Of a stretch of 32,000 nt of DNA, positions 8,698 through 15,475 are shown in pieces (positions within the stretch are counted from its first letter, which is position 1; every line of letters starts with the position of its first letter). Source of the DNA: Alkanindiges illinoisensis DSM 15370 (lineage in GTDB: Bacteria > Pseudomonadota > Gammaproteobacteria > Pseudomonadales > Moraxellaceae); the NCBI RefSeq assembly GCF_000619845.1, contig NZ_JHUX01000003.1:210001-242000 (forward strand), given 5' to 3'. A program made the position numbers and the translations under genes. The notes under the pieces were generated by a model. It had not been told where the DNA came from, did no database searches, and saw only the letters and a program-made list of their open reading frames with translations.

Positions 8698-9948
8698 ATG
8701 AGCTTGCCTGTTGATGAGTTATTGGCTGCGCGTAGAGTACTTCTACTGCAGGGACCGATGGGCGACTTTTTTCAGCAGCTAGGAAGTTGGCTAGAGTCTT
8801 ATGCTATTGAATGCCATAAAGTTAATTTCAATGCAGGTGACTGGTTTTTTTATTCTGGACGAAATGCGGTAAATTATTATGGGCGTCTTGATCATTTTAA
8901 AATCTGGTTAAAACAACATCTTCAGGATAAAAGAATTGATAGTGTAGTGTGTTTTGGAGACTGCCGTTTTTACCATGAAAAAGCCAAGTGTTTAACAGAA
9001 GAGCTTGGCTTAAAATTCTTTGTTTTTGAGGAAGGTTATATTCGGCCGGATTACATTACGCTTGAGCGTGATGGCGTCAATGACTTTTCCTGCATTAAGC
9101 AGAAATTTATAAATTTATCCAATGAGTTGCCATTTCCAGATAAACCTGAGGTGGTCAATTCCAGTTATAAAAAGATGGTATTTTCTGCATGCCTGTATTA
9201 TTTGCTGTGGACCGTATTTTTCTGGCTGTTTCCGTTCTATAAGCATCATCGCCAGATTTCTCCGCTGGCTGAATTATTTTACTGGATGCGCTCGTTTATC
9301 CGGCGTGCAATTAATTATCAGGTCGAGCCGCGCCGCTTTTTAGACATTATCAAAAAATATGACAAGCATTATTTTATTGTCGCACTACAGGTACACAATG
9401 ACAGTCAGGTGCGCGTTCATAGTGACTATAATGATGTGGAAGAGTTTATTCTTGAAGTATTAACTTCATTTGCCAGCAGTGCGCCAGCAGATAAGCACCT
9501 GGTATTTAAACATCATCCGATGGATCGTGGTTACCGTAATTATAATTACTTGTTGACTAAACATGCGTTGGCCTTAGGCATTATGGACCGGGTGCATTAT
9601 ATTTGTGATGTACATCTGCCTACGCTTTTAAAGCATAGTATTGGTCTGGTTGCAATTAACAGTACCACAGGCTTGCAGGCTTTGTTTCACGATAAGCCGG
9701 TTAAGGTTACTGGTCGAGCAATTTACAACCTACCCAAACTGACTTATCAGGGTGAACTGAACCAGTTCTGGAAAAATCCGGGTCGGGTTAACCGCTTGGC
9801 TTACCGGCGTTTCCGTTATGCACTGGTGCATTATTCCCAGCTTAATGGTTCATTTTATGGTGCTTCTCCCTGGATGACCAAGTCTTCTAATCTCCAGATT
9901 TCACCGATGGATCTGCAAAACTTGTCCTCTCAGAAGGTTAAATTTTAA
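8698..9948 (+). CDS. kpsS: Capsule polysaccharide biosynthesis protein KpsS (LipB); Kdo transferase
   Basis: It has the 'FEEGYIRP' and 'HP(M)DRG' family motifs and lies directly downstream of kpsC. A GAGGAG RBS sits 5 nt before ATG 8698. Confidence 0.85.
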   Translation: MSLPVDELLAARRVLLLQGPMGDFFQQLGSWLESYAIECHKVNFNAGDWFFYSGRNAVNYYGRLDHFKIWLKQHLQDKRIDSVVCFGDCRFYHEKAKCLTEELGLKFFVFEEGYIRPDYITLERDGVNDFSCIKQKFINLSNELPFPDKPEVVNSSYKKMVFSACLYYLLWTVFFWLFPFYKHHRQISPLAELFYWMRSFIRRAINYQVEPRRFLDIIKKYDKHYFIVALQVHNDSQVRVHSDYNDVEEFILEVLTSFASSAPADKHLVFKHHPMDRGYRNYNYLLTKHALALGIMDRVHYICDVHLPTLLKHSIGLVAINSTTGLQALFHDKPVKVTGRAIYNLPKLTYQGELNQFWKNPGRVNRLAYRRFRYALVHYSQLNGSFYGASPWMTKSSNLQISPMDLQNLSSQKVKF

Positions 9949-10353
9949 TTGCCACATTATGAAATGATAATTGTGGTGCAGACGGAACACCTCGACAGCT
10001 TTGGTCATGTGAACAATATTATTTATTTGCAATGGATGCAGGATGTGGCCTGGGCGCATTCTGCGGCGCTGGGTCTTGACTTTACTGCTTATCAAAAACT
10101 TGATGCTGCAATGGTAGCGCGTCATCATGAAATGACCTATCTGGCCTCCTGCTTTACAGGGGATCAATTGTTATTAAAAACATGGCTTACAGAAACGGAT
10201 GGTTTTAACCTCTATCGGCAGTATGAATTCATACGCTTACAAGATAAAAAGCTAGTATTTGAAGCCAAAACCCATTGGGTTTGCATCCGCCTTTCCAGTG
10301 GCAGGCCCATCCGTATGCCGCCTGAGTTTAAAAAAGCCTATATCGTACTTTAA
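9949..10353 (+). CDS. Acyl-CoA thioesterase, hotdog fold (4HBT/YbgC-like)
   Basis: The string 'VVQTEHLDSFGHVNNIIYLQWMQDVAW' matches the 4HBT active-site region. The start is ambiguous: TTG 9949 abuts the kpsS stop, and ATG 9964 is an alternative. Confidence 0.7.
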   Translation: MPHYEMIIVVQTEHLDSFGHVNNIIYLQWMQDVAWAHSAALGLDFTAYQKLDAAMVARHHEMTYLASCFTGDQLLLKTWLTETDGFNLYRQYEFIRLQDKKLVFEAKTHWVCIRLSSGRPIRMPPEFKKAYIVL

Positions 10354-10442
10354 TCACGTCAAGCACTCATTTCCTGCAAGTTTTCTTGCTTAAAATGCGT
10401 TAGAATGCGCCATTTTCAATAACTTTATATTTTGGCCGCACT

Positions 10443-10505
10443 GTGACCGATATTCGCAACATTCGTAATTTTTCTATCATAGCCCATATTAATAATAAAC
10501 AATAA
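10443..10505 (+). pseudogene. lepA: Orphan 5' stub of lepA (elongation factor 4), truncated by prophage insertion
   Basis: GTG 10443 opens VTDIRNIRNFSIIAHI, the LepA N-terminus up to the G1 motif. Instead of DHGKST the frame continues NNKQ and stops at 10503-10505. Confidence 0.8.
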
Positions 10506-10700
10506 GACACTACGCGACACCATCCGTCACCACACGACAAAAAAACCTTTATTTCCCTAGCTTCTGTATTCCACTATGCGACATTACAGGACATAATCAG
10601 CCACCAAGCGCCACAACAAGACACTAAAATTATGTACATAGCCTTGTACATAATCAGGCTGTTTTGTACATGCTGGCCAATTTTTGGAAATTATGTACAA
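10504..10700. repeat. attL arm: clustered short repeats (candidate Int arm-type / accessory-factor sites)
   Basis: TGTACA-core sites occur at 10633, 10645, 10665 and 10694 (context T[A/T]TGTACA). AAGACACTA occurs at 10504 and 10618. TA[C/T]GCGACA[C/T] occurs at 10511 and 10575. All lie immediately upstream of int. Confidence 0.6.
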
Positions 10701-10709
10701 GAGTCGATC

Positions 10710-11939
10710 ATGGCATTATCTGAAGCGTGGCTAAAAGCCAACCATAAAAAAGAACGGGAAAAGACGGAAGAACGGGCAGACCGTGATGCGCTCAGTGTCC
10801 GGGTGTCACCCAAGGGTAAAATTGTATTCCAGTTGCGTTATAACTATGCCGGCAAGGCCAAGCGTCTGGATCTGGGTTCATACCCGCTTATGTCTTTGAA
10901 GGATGCCAGGGCAGAGGGCCAGCGTTTGCGTGCCCAGCTGGAGCAGGGCCACGATCCTAAGAATATCCGGCATAAGGAAAAAGCCAATATTGTTAATGCC
11001 AAAAATTTTAATGACCTGTTTTACATGTGGTATGAAAATTCATGCAAGCCCAAAAAGGCCTCTCATCACCAGATTTTAAGATCCTTTGAAATTCATGCAC
11101 TGCCTATTATTGGCGAGTTCCTGGCAGATGAGATCAGCCTTCAGCAGTGGGTCTTACTGCTGGAAGATATAACCAAGCACTCTCAATCTATTGCATCCAG
11201 GATATTGTTAAATTCGGATCATGTGTACCGCTGGGCGATTAAACGCGAACTGGCCAGCGTGAATCACTTAAAAGATATATCAGCAAAGCATGATTTAAAT
11301 ATTATTAAAAATTCCACTGAGCGAGCACTCACTAATCAGGAAATCTATTTGTCCTGGCATGCCCTGGATAAAACCAGAATGGCCGTAAAAAACAAAATAT
11401 TTATGAAGCTGTGCCTGATGTATGGCTGCCGTGTCGGTGAGTTAAAGCTAGCCAAGAAGAAAGATTTTGATTTTGAAAAAGGCGTGTGGACTATACCGGC
11501 TGAAAATCATAAGACTGGCAAACTGACCAAAAAACCATTACTGCGGCCGATTATTCCGGAGTTTGAGAGCCTGATCCGGCAGGCCATGATGATTAGCTAT
11601 AATTCTGATTATATTTTCACAGCATTAAATTCTACTGAACCTATGAAAGAATCAGGGCATTTATCAATGCCGAACAATATTTTTCAGTGGCTGAAACGGC
11701 ATAAAAACTATGAAATGCTGCATTGGTCTTTCCATGACTTGCGCCGCACCATGCGCACCAATATGTCAGAACTGGCACCACCTCACGTGTGTGAGATCAT
11801 GCTTGGCCATGCGCTGCCAAAGATGTGGCAGACGTATGACCGGTACGATTATTTAAAAGAGCAGGCAGAGGCCTATAAGGCATGGTATGAGCGATTACAG
11901 GTGATTTTAAACAATCACTCATTGGATGTGGCTACTTGA
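10710..11939 (+). CDS. int: Tyrosine integrase (P4-like, with N-terminal arm-binding domain)
   Basis: The N-terminus 'LSEAWLKA...LSVRVSPKGKIVFQLRY..GKAKRLDLGSYP' resembles the P4-type (DUF4102-like) N-terminal domain. The catalytic region contains 'GCRVGEL', 'HDLRRT' and 'LGH'. ATG 10710 is preferred over the upstream track start, which runs through the repeat array. Confidence 0.9.
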   Translation: MALSEAWLKANHKKEREKTEERADRDALSVRVSPKGKIVFQLRYNYAGKAKRLDLGSYPLMSLKDARAEGQRLRAQLEQGHDPKNIRHKEKANIVNAKNFNDLFYMWYENSCKPKKASHHQILRSFEIHALPIIGEFLADEISLQQWVLLLEDITKHSQSIASRILLNSDHVYRWAIKRELASVNHLKDISAKHDLNIIKNSTERALTNQEIYLSWHALDKTRMAVKNKIFMKLCLMYGCRVGELKLAKKKDFDFEKGVWTIPAENHKTGKLTKKPLLRPIIPEFESLIRQAMMISYNSDYIFTALNSTEPMKESGHLSMPNNIFQWLKRHKNYEMLHWSFHDLRRTMRTNMSELAPPHVCEIMLGHALPKMWQTYDRYDYLKEQAEAYKAWYERLQVILNNHSLDVAT

Positions 11940-12172
11940 GCATTTAAGCCGCCAGCAGCTTCCCATGCGTCTACAGCCTTGGCACTATATACATTATCCG
12001 CACCCTTTGATGCCGAAATCGGTTTAGGGAAGGGGTTAGGCCATTTTTCAGATTGCCAGCGCAGAAATGTACGGGCAGTGCGTTTAAACTTTATGCACAG
12101 GTCTGTCGTGGTGTAGCTGCTTTGTACCGTCTGGCCAGCTGCTGCTGATTGCTGATTAATTTGTGCTCCCAT
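11915..12172 (-). CDS. AlpA/excisionase-family HTH protein (candidate Xis)
   Basis: The string 'TTDLCIKFKRTARTFLRWQSEKWPNPFPKP....YSAKAVDAWE' fits the HTH-plus-'FP.P' pattern of AlpA/Xis. A GGAGG RBS is present. Its 3' end is convergent with int and overlaps it by 25 nt. Confidence 0.6.
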   Translation of the reverse strand: MGAQINQQSAAAGQTVQSSYTTTDLCIKFKRTARTFLRWQSEKWPNPFPKPISASKGADNVYSAKAVDAWEAAGGLNAQVATSNE

Positions 12173-12175
12173 TGA

Positions 12176-12343
12176 TTATTTACCTCCTAACTTTCTTAAA
12201 GCATTGCCGCTTACAATTTCGCGTGTACCATCCTCAAATTCTATCTCGCGGCTGTTCTGTGTACCGCGTGCAATGATACGGCAGGGCTTGCCGTACATCT
12301 GTGCACGCTTTTCATTGTTCTTCCAGGCATAATAATGGGTCAT
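12176..12343 (-). CDS. Small hypothetical protein (55 aa; below the ORF-track cutoff)
   Basis: Hand translation gives MTHYYAWKNNEKRAQMYGKPCRIIARGTQNSREIEFEDGTREIVSGNALRKLGGK. Its ATG overlaps the upstream stop as ATGA, and its 3' end carries the GGAGG RBS of the xis-like gene. Confidence 0.5.
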   Translation of the reverse strand: MTHYYAWKNNEKRAQMYGKPCRIIARGTQNSREIEFEDGTREIVSGNALRKLGGK

Positions 12344-12957
12344 TGGCTGGCCACCTCGCTGGTTGCCTTGCGCCTGATGGTTCCAACTTTGGCTTTAACC
12401 TTAGCCAGTGTAATTAATACCGGCTTGGCTTCATCAGACGCATTTTTATGGTCATATAGATGATTCAGTACAGCCAGCTCACCACGTGACATGAGCACCA
12501 GATTGTCTGTAGCAAAATTCTGTGGGTTACCATCCTTAAACTTTACGACATGGCCAGCGGGGATGGTGCCAAAATGTTGCTCATAAATGATATGGTGTTT
12601 TGCCCTGAATTTATTGGGTTCAGCCACCTTAACCTCAACATACCCGTCAACTGTTATTCGTTCATAACCAACAGGTTTTTGGGTATGGGATTGTTGCCCC
12701 TTTTTAAAGCTACCACTGTTGGCGCCTGTTAAACCTTTGGTACCTTTATTGGGAGGGACTGATCCTTTTGGAAAGCGGCCATCACGGCCAGTTTTCCAGC
12801 CTTTACGAGTACATAGGGCTTTAATATTATCCACTGCAATGTCACGATTAAACGTAGCGTTGAACAGCTGGGTAAGTGCTGCCCGGGACAAAGTAGCGTT
12901 GACTTGAATAAACGCTAGTTCGTCAGGGCTATATTTGATAGATGCACCTTTAGACAT
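12340..12957 (-). CDS. HNH endonuclease (HNH_3-type, free-standing homing-endonuclease-like)
   Basis: The string 'GYVEVKV...KHHIIYEQHFGTIPAGHVVKFKDGNPQNFATDNLVLMSRGE' matches the phage HNH_3 pattern. A GGAGG RBS lies before ATG 12957. Confidence 0.75.
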   Translation of the reverse strand: MSKGASIKYSPDELAFIQVNATLSRAALTQLFNATFNRDIAVDNIKALCTRKGWKTGRDGRFPKGSVPPNKGTKGLTGANSGSFKKGQQSHTQKPVGYERITVDGYVEVKVAEPNKFRAKHHIIYEQHFGTIPAGHVVKFKDGNPQNFATDNLVLMSRGELAVLNHLYDHKNASDEAKPVLITLAKVKAKVGTIRRKATSEVASQ

Positions 12958-13198
12958 TTTGGTTGACCTCCAGCATAGGTGGCATATCACCCTTGTCACC
13001 TTTTAAGCCGATATATTCAGCCTTAAGCTTGGTTGCCTCGAGCACCAGGCGTGAACCTTCCAGGATTGGCTCAGCAACTTTTGTCATGCTTTCAGCACGC
13101 TGTACTTCAGCATCCAAGTTGCCGCCAACTGCTGCACTATCTAGCCTGCGTAACTGGCCAAACAGAATATCGTTTAACTCTTTTAAATTATTGCTCAT
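12950..13198 (-). CDS. Hypothetical early protein (82 aa)
   Basis: The ORF follows erf on the same strand. An AAGGA RBS precedes ATG 13198. Its 3' end overlaps the HNH gene start by 8 nt. Confidence 0.5.
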   Translation of the reverse strand: MSNNLKELNDILFGQLRRLDSAAVGGNLDAEVQRAESMTKVAEPILEGSRLVLEATKLKAEYIGLKGDKGDMPPMLEVNQNV

Positions 13199-13249
13199 GT
13201 TTACATCCTTCAATAGGGCAGGATGCCCCGCCAAAGCAGGGCGGGTATA

Positions 13250-14212
13250 TCAAAACGGAATTGGATCATCCAGGTTGGGCCGGACAGCTGGAGCAGGGTC
13301 CTTGGTCGGGTATTTGACCAGCTTGTCGTGTTGCGCTGCGAGCTGGTTTTTAATGATGCGGAAATCATGCTCGGTGTAACCTTCCTCACCATGGCCAACA
13401 TTAAAAACATAGTTTTTGATGTCAGTAAGATCGTGAACCGTCTTGGTGGCCAGAATGTCCTTGAGCACAGACTGAAGCGGTTTGAATCCTTGTGACTGGC
13501 CATGCTGCTGGCTAGCCTGGGCTGGCTGTTTTTGCATTAGCTGATCATGGCGTGATTTTAGCGCCTGCTTGATCTCGCCAATATCAGACTCGCTATATTG
13601 CCGAGCCGCTACATAGTCGCGGATCATGGCCAGCGTACCCACATTCCGGGCCTTATTAATATCAGCCAGAATAGTGGCCAATGGCTTTGCCTGCTCACCA
13701 GCTGGTTGATTGGGTTGATGCTGTTGCTGCTGGTCAGTTGCTTGTTTAGGTTTAGCCTGGGCATTACCGGGAGCATGCACAGTGGCATCCGGATCGTTGT
13801 CACCTTCAGTCGGAATGGCAAAGGTTTGGAAACAGGCGTACTTATAGGCAATAGACATGGCCTTGTTGGTGGCTTTGTCGCCCGCGTCCATGGCCTCACC
13901 AAATACACAGGCCACGTGCTTGGAGCCATCTTCACTGCTGATAAAATCAAATTCCATCTTGACCAGGACAAAATACAGGGTTTTATTGCCACTGGGTCGT
14001 TGGGTTTCAGTACGCTCAACACAGCGTGGAATGATTACCAGTTTGTGCTCAGCCAGCAACGGAGCAATCGCATTGTAGACATCATCAATGCCCCGGAACG
14101 CATAGCCATTACCAAAGCCAGAGGCTTGCCGGTCTTTTGAAATCCCTTCTTTGGCCAGTGCACGCTGTACTGCATTGATGGCCTGATAAACCTTGAGAGA
14201 TGCAGTGGTCAT
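13250..14212 (-). CDS. erf: ERF-family single-strand annealing recombinase with a duplicated C-terminal module and an SSB-like acidic tip (..LDDPIPF)
   Basis: The N-terminal 140 aa ('AINAVQRALAKEGISKDR...YAFRGIDDVYNAIAPLL...KATNKAMSIAYKYACFQTFAIPT') match the ERF superfamily. A GGAGGCG RBS precedes ATG 14212. Confidence 0.85.
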   Translation of the reverse strand: MTTASLKVYQAINAVQRALAKEGISKDRQASGFGNGYAFRGIDDVYNAIAPLLAEHKLVIIPRCVERTETQRPSGNKTLYFVLVKMEFDFISSEDGSKHVACVFGEAMDAGDKATNKAMSIAYKYACFQTFAIPTEGDNDPDATVHAPGNAQAKPKQATDQQQQHQPNQPAGEQAKPLATILADINKARNVGTLAMIRDYVAARQYSESDIGEIKQALKSRHDQLMQKQPAQASQQHGQSQGFKPLQSVLKDILATKTVHDLTDIKNYVFNVGHGEEGYTEHDFRIIKNQLAAQHDKLVKYPTKDPAPAVRPNLDDPIPF

Positions 14213-14213
14213 A

Positions 14214-14426
14214 TTAAGCGCCTCCACGCACAAGGGTGGTCATAAAGGCATACAGGGCAGTAGCGATCACCACAAAGAACACGATCAGGCCTGCATGAAT
14301 AAACACGGCAACCACGTTTTTAACGCTGCATGCAGAAATGATACGGGCGCGGAACACATTACGGCGGTGACGCTTGGCCAGTAGCGATTGCTCGCTACTG
14401 ATGACAAACTTTTGCATTGGTGACAT
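14214..14426 (-). CDS. Small tail-anchored membrane protein, first gene of the leftward early operon
   Basis: An Arg-rich N-terminus ('AKRHRRNVFRARI') is followed by one strongly hydrophobic helix. A GGAG RBS is present. Its stop lies 1 nt from the erf ATG. Confidence 0.55.
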   Translation of the reverse strand: MSPMQKFVISSEQSLLAKRHRRNVFRARIISACSVKNVVAVFIHAGLIVFFVVIATALYAFMTTLVRGGA

Positions 14427-14458
14427 AATATTTTTACTCCAGCTTGGTTGGGGTCAGG

Positions 14459-14494
14459 CCTCCGGTTGTGACAGCAACGCGGAGGTTTCTTTTT
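14459..14494. other. Strong stem-loop in the PL leader; on the + strand it reads as an intrinsic terminator
   Basis: CCTCCG-GTTG-[tgacag]-CAAC-g-CGGAGG is followed on the + strand by TTTCTTTTT. On the - strand, the sense of the PL transcript, no U-run follows. Confidence 0.45.
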
Positions 14495-14518
14495 GCCTGT
14501 TTACTGGCTTGTGAACTT

Positions 14519-14547
14519 AATATGAACTAATGGTTCAATTAAGTCAA
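14519..14547 (-). promoter_or_regulatory. PL-like leftward early promoter (-35 TTGACT, 17-bp spacer, -10 CATATT)
   Basis: Read on the minus strand: the -35 is the reverse complement of 14542-14547 and the -10 is the reverse complement of 14519-14524. One operator fills the spacer and another abuts the -35. Confidence 0.6.
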
Positions 14548-14561
14548 GAACTGAAAGTTCA
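14523..14561. promoter_or_regulatory. OL operators: two 15-bp palindromes, (T/A)GAAC-N5-GTTCA
   Basis: TGAACTAATGGTTCA lies at 14523-14537 and AGAACTGAAAGTTCA at 14547-14561. The same motif occurs three times between cI and cro. Confidence 0.75.
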
Positions 14562-14585
14562 ATTATTTTATTTTTCTGCTATATT
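14557..14585 (+). promoter_or_regulatory. Candidate rightward promoter for the 68-aa ORF (extended -10 TGCTATATT; weak -35 GTTCAA overlapping the operator)
   Basis: The TGn-TATATT element lies at 14577-14585. The -35 position falls inside operator 14547-14561. Confidence 0.4.
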
Positions 14586-14614
14586 AAAAAAAGAAACCCA
14601 GCGCGTGGCTGGGT
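14583..14614 (-). terminator. Rho-independent terminator for leftward (lysogeny-side) transcripts, just before OL/PL
   Basis: The minus strand reads ACCCAGC-cacgc-GCTGGGT followed by TTCTTTTTTT. Confidence 0.7.
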
Positions 14615-14627
14615 ATAGGAGAAGGAT

Positions 14628-14834
14628 ATGAGTGAATTAGATCAAGATCAGGAAGTGGCAATTATCCCAGCAGGCAGTTATGTCAGCATTATGGGCTGCC
14701 GCTTTACCCTGTTAGAAGATACCAAAGTTGCAACGAGTCAGGAGAGCCTTGATTATGTTCTAAAGGCTCAACAAGACTTTGAGAATGGAATAGGTACTGT
14801 TAAAGCTAAAGGTTGCTTTTCATCCAGTCAGTAA
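14628..14834 (+). CDS. Hypothetical 68-aa protein
   Basis: A strong AGGAGA RBS precedes the ATG. It is the only + strand gene in the immunity-left region. Its 3' end overlaps the convergent 91-aa gene by 29 nt. Confidence 0.5.
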   Translation: MSELDQDQEVAIIPAGSYVSIMGCRFTLLEDTKVATSQESLDYVLKAQQDFENGIGTVKAKGCFSSSQ

Positions 14835-15081
14835 CTTCTTTGCTAATGCCATAGGTTGCCCAATTTGAAGCATCTGTAGATAATTTAACAACCAAAATTT
14901 CATCATCAGCATCTATATGTGTTTTGAGATTGTCGCGTATTTGAGATGCTGTTGTTTGCGATATGATTATAAATACAGATTTTAAAGGCTTAGCCCAATT
15001 GGGATAAGCCTTTATTGCATCTATAAGCTCGGAATAATCTTTATCTTTTATCAAATCATAACTTACTAAGTAAGCTGCCAT
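14806..15081 (-). CDS. Hypothetical 91-aa protein with a beta-alpha-beta-beta-alpha-beta-like pattern (possibly a Cas2/VapD-like fold)
   Basis: The pattern is 'AAYLVSYDL..DYSELIDAIKAY..WAKPLKSVFIIIS..TASQIRDNL...DEILVVKL'. A GGAGAG RBS is present. The segment is AT-rich relative to the phage backbone. The fold assignment is inference only. Confidence 0.5.
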   Translation of the reverse strand: MAAYLVSYDLIKDKDYSELIDAIKAYPNWAKPLKSVFIIISQTTASQIRDNLKTHIDADDEILVVKLSTDASNWATYGISKEVTDWMKSNL

Positions 15082-15101
15082 TTATTCTCTCCACTCAGTC
15101 A

Positions 15102-15130
15102 AGGCCGCGCTGGGTTCGCGGCTTATTTTT
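15102..15130 (+). terminator. Hairpin GCCGCG-ctgggtt-CGCGGC followed by TTATTTTT (+ strand terminator)
   Basis: Read directly. It lies between the 91-aa and 98-aa genes. Confidence 0.5.
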
Positions 15131-15142
15131 AATTCCATAATA

Positions 15143-15163
15143 AAGCCTGCACAAGGCAGGCTT
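15143..15163 (-). terminator. Hairpin AAGCCTGC-acaag-GCAGGCTT just downstream of the 98-aa gene stop
   Basis: The stem is 8 bp. On the minus strand it is followed by the moderately U-rich UAUUAUGGAAUU. Together with the neighbouring hairpin it may act as a bidirectional stop. Confidence 0.45.
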
Positions 15164-15178
15164 AGTTTAATAATAACT

Positions 15179-15475
15179 TTATTCTACTTTTTCTTTGCGA
15201 GCGCGAGGCTTTGGTCTTGGATTAACCAAAGCGGCATTTACACTTGAAGGTAATTCAGAATCAACTTTAGCAATACCGATGCGTTTTATGGCTACTTTAA
15301 TGGCGGGTACAAATATATTATCCACTTCCTCGGCACCGGCCCCAAAGCCCAGCTCCATTTGCGGCACATAAAATCCCTCATGTATGCCTTTGGCCTTAAG
15401 AATAAGCGTAACAATTTCTTGTATAGATAGAGAGGGCACAGAGTCGTTAGCAGAGTCATTAACTGAATGTGACAT
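15179..15475 (-). CDS. Hypothetical 98-aa protein coupled to hicB
   Basis: The ORF overlaps the hicB 3' end by 17 nt. It has a basic C-terminal tail ('RPKPRARKEKVE'). No family was recognised. Confidence 0.5.
   Translation of the reverse strand: MSHSVNDSANDSVPSLSIQEIVTLILKAKGIHEGFYVPQMELGFGAGAEEVDNIFVPAIKVAIKRIGIAKVDSELPSSVNAALVNPRPKPRARKEKVE

Noticed and set aside
13598-14140. Long ORFs antisense to or nested within well-supported genes. Examples: 13598-14140(+), 13624-14022(-), 16363-17199(+) set, 24757-25396(-) set, 25616-26171(-), 26324-26747(-), 27911-28228(-), 29192-29861(-), 30831-31413(-), 2801-3043(-), 9122-9343(+).
   Set aside because: They lie entirely inside genes with clear family signatures on the other strand or frame. 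They lack RBSs and have odd compositions (Cys/Trp/Arg-rich). This is typical of spurious ORFs in GC-balanced DNA.
14214-14494. The first PL gene as a lambda N-like antiterminator (Arg-rich 'AKRHRRNVFRARI'), with the leader hairpin as a boxB-like nut site.
   Set aside because: The protein continues into a strongly hydrophobic membrane helix, so the Arg-rich part is better read as a positive-inside anchor flank. The hairpin has a 10-bp bulged stem and a 6-nt loop, unlike boxB, and no boxA-like element was recognised.
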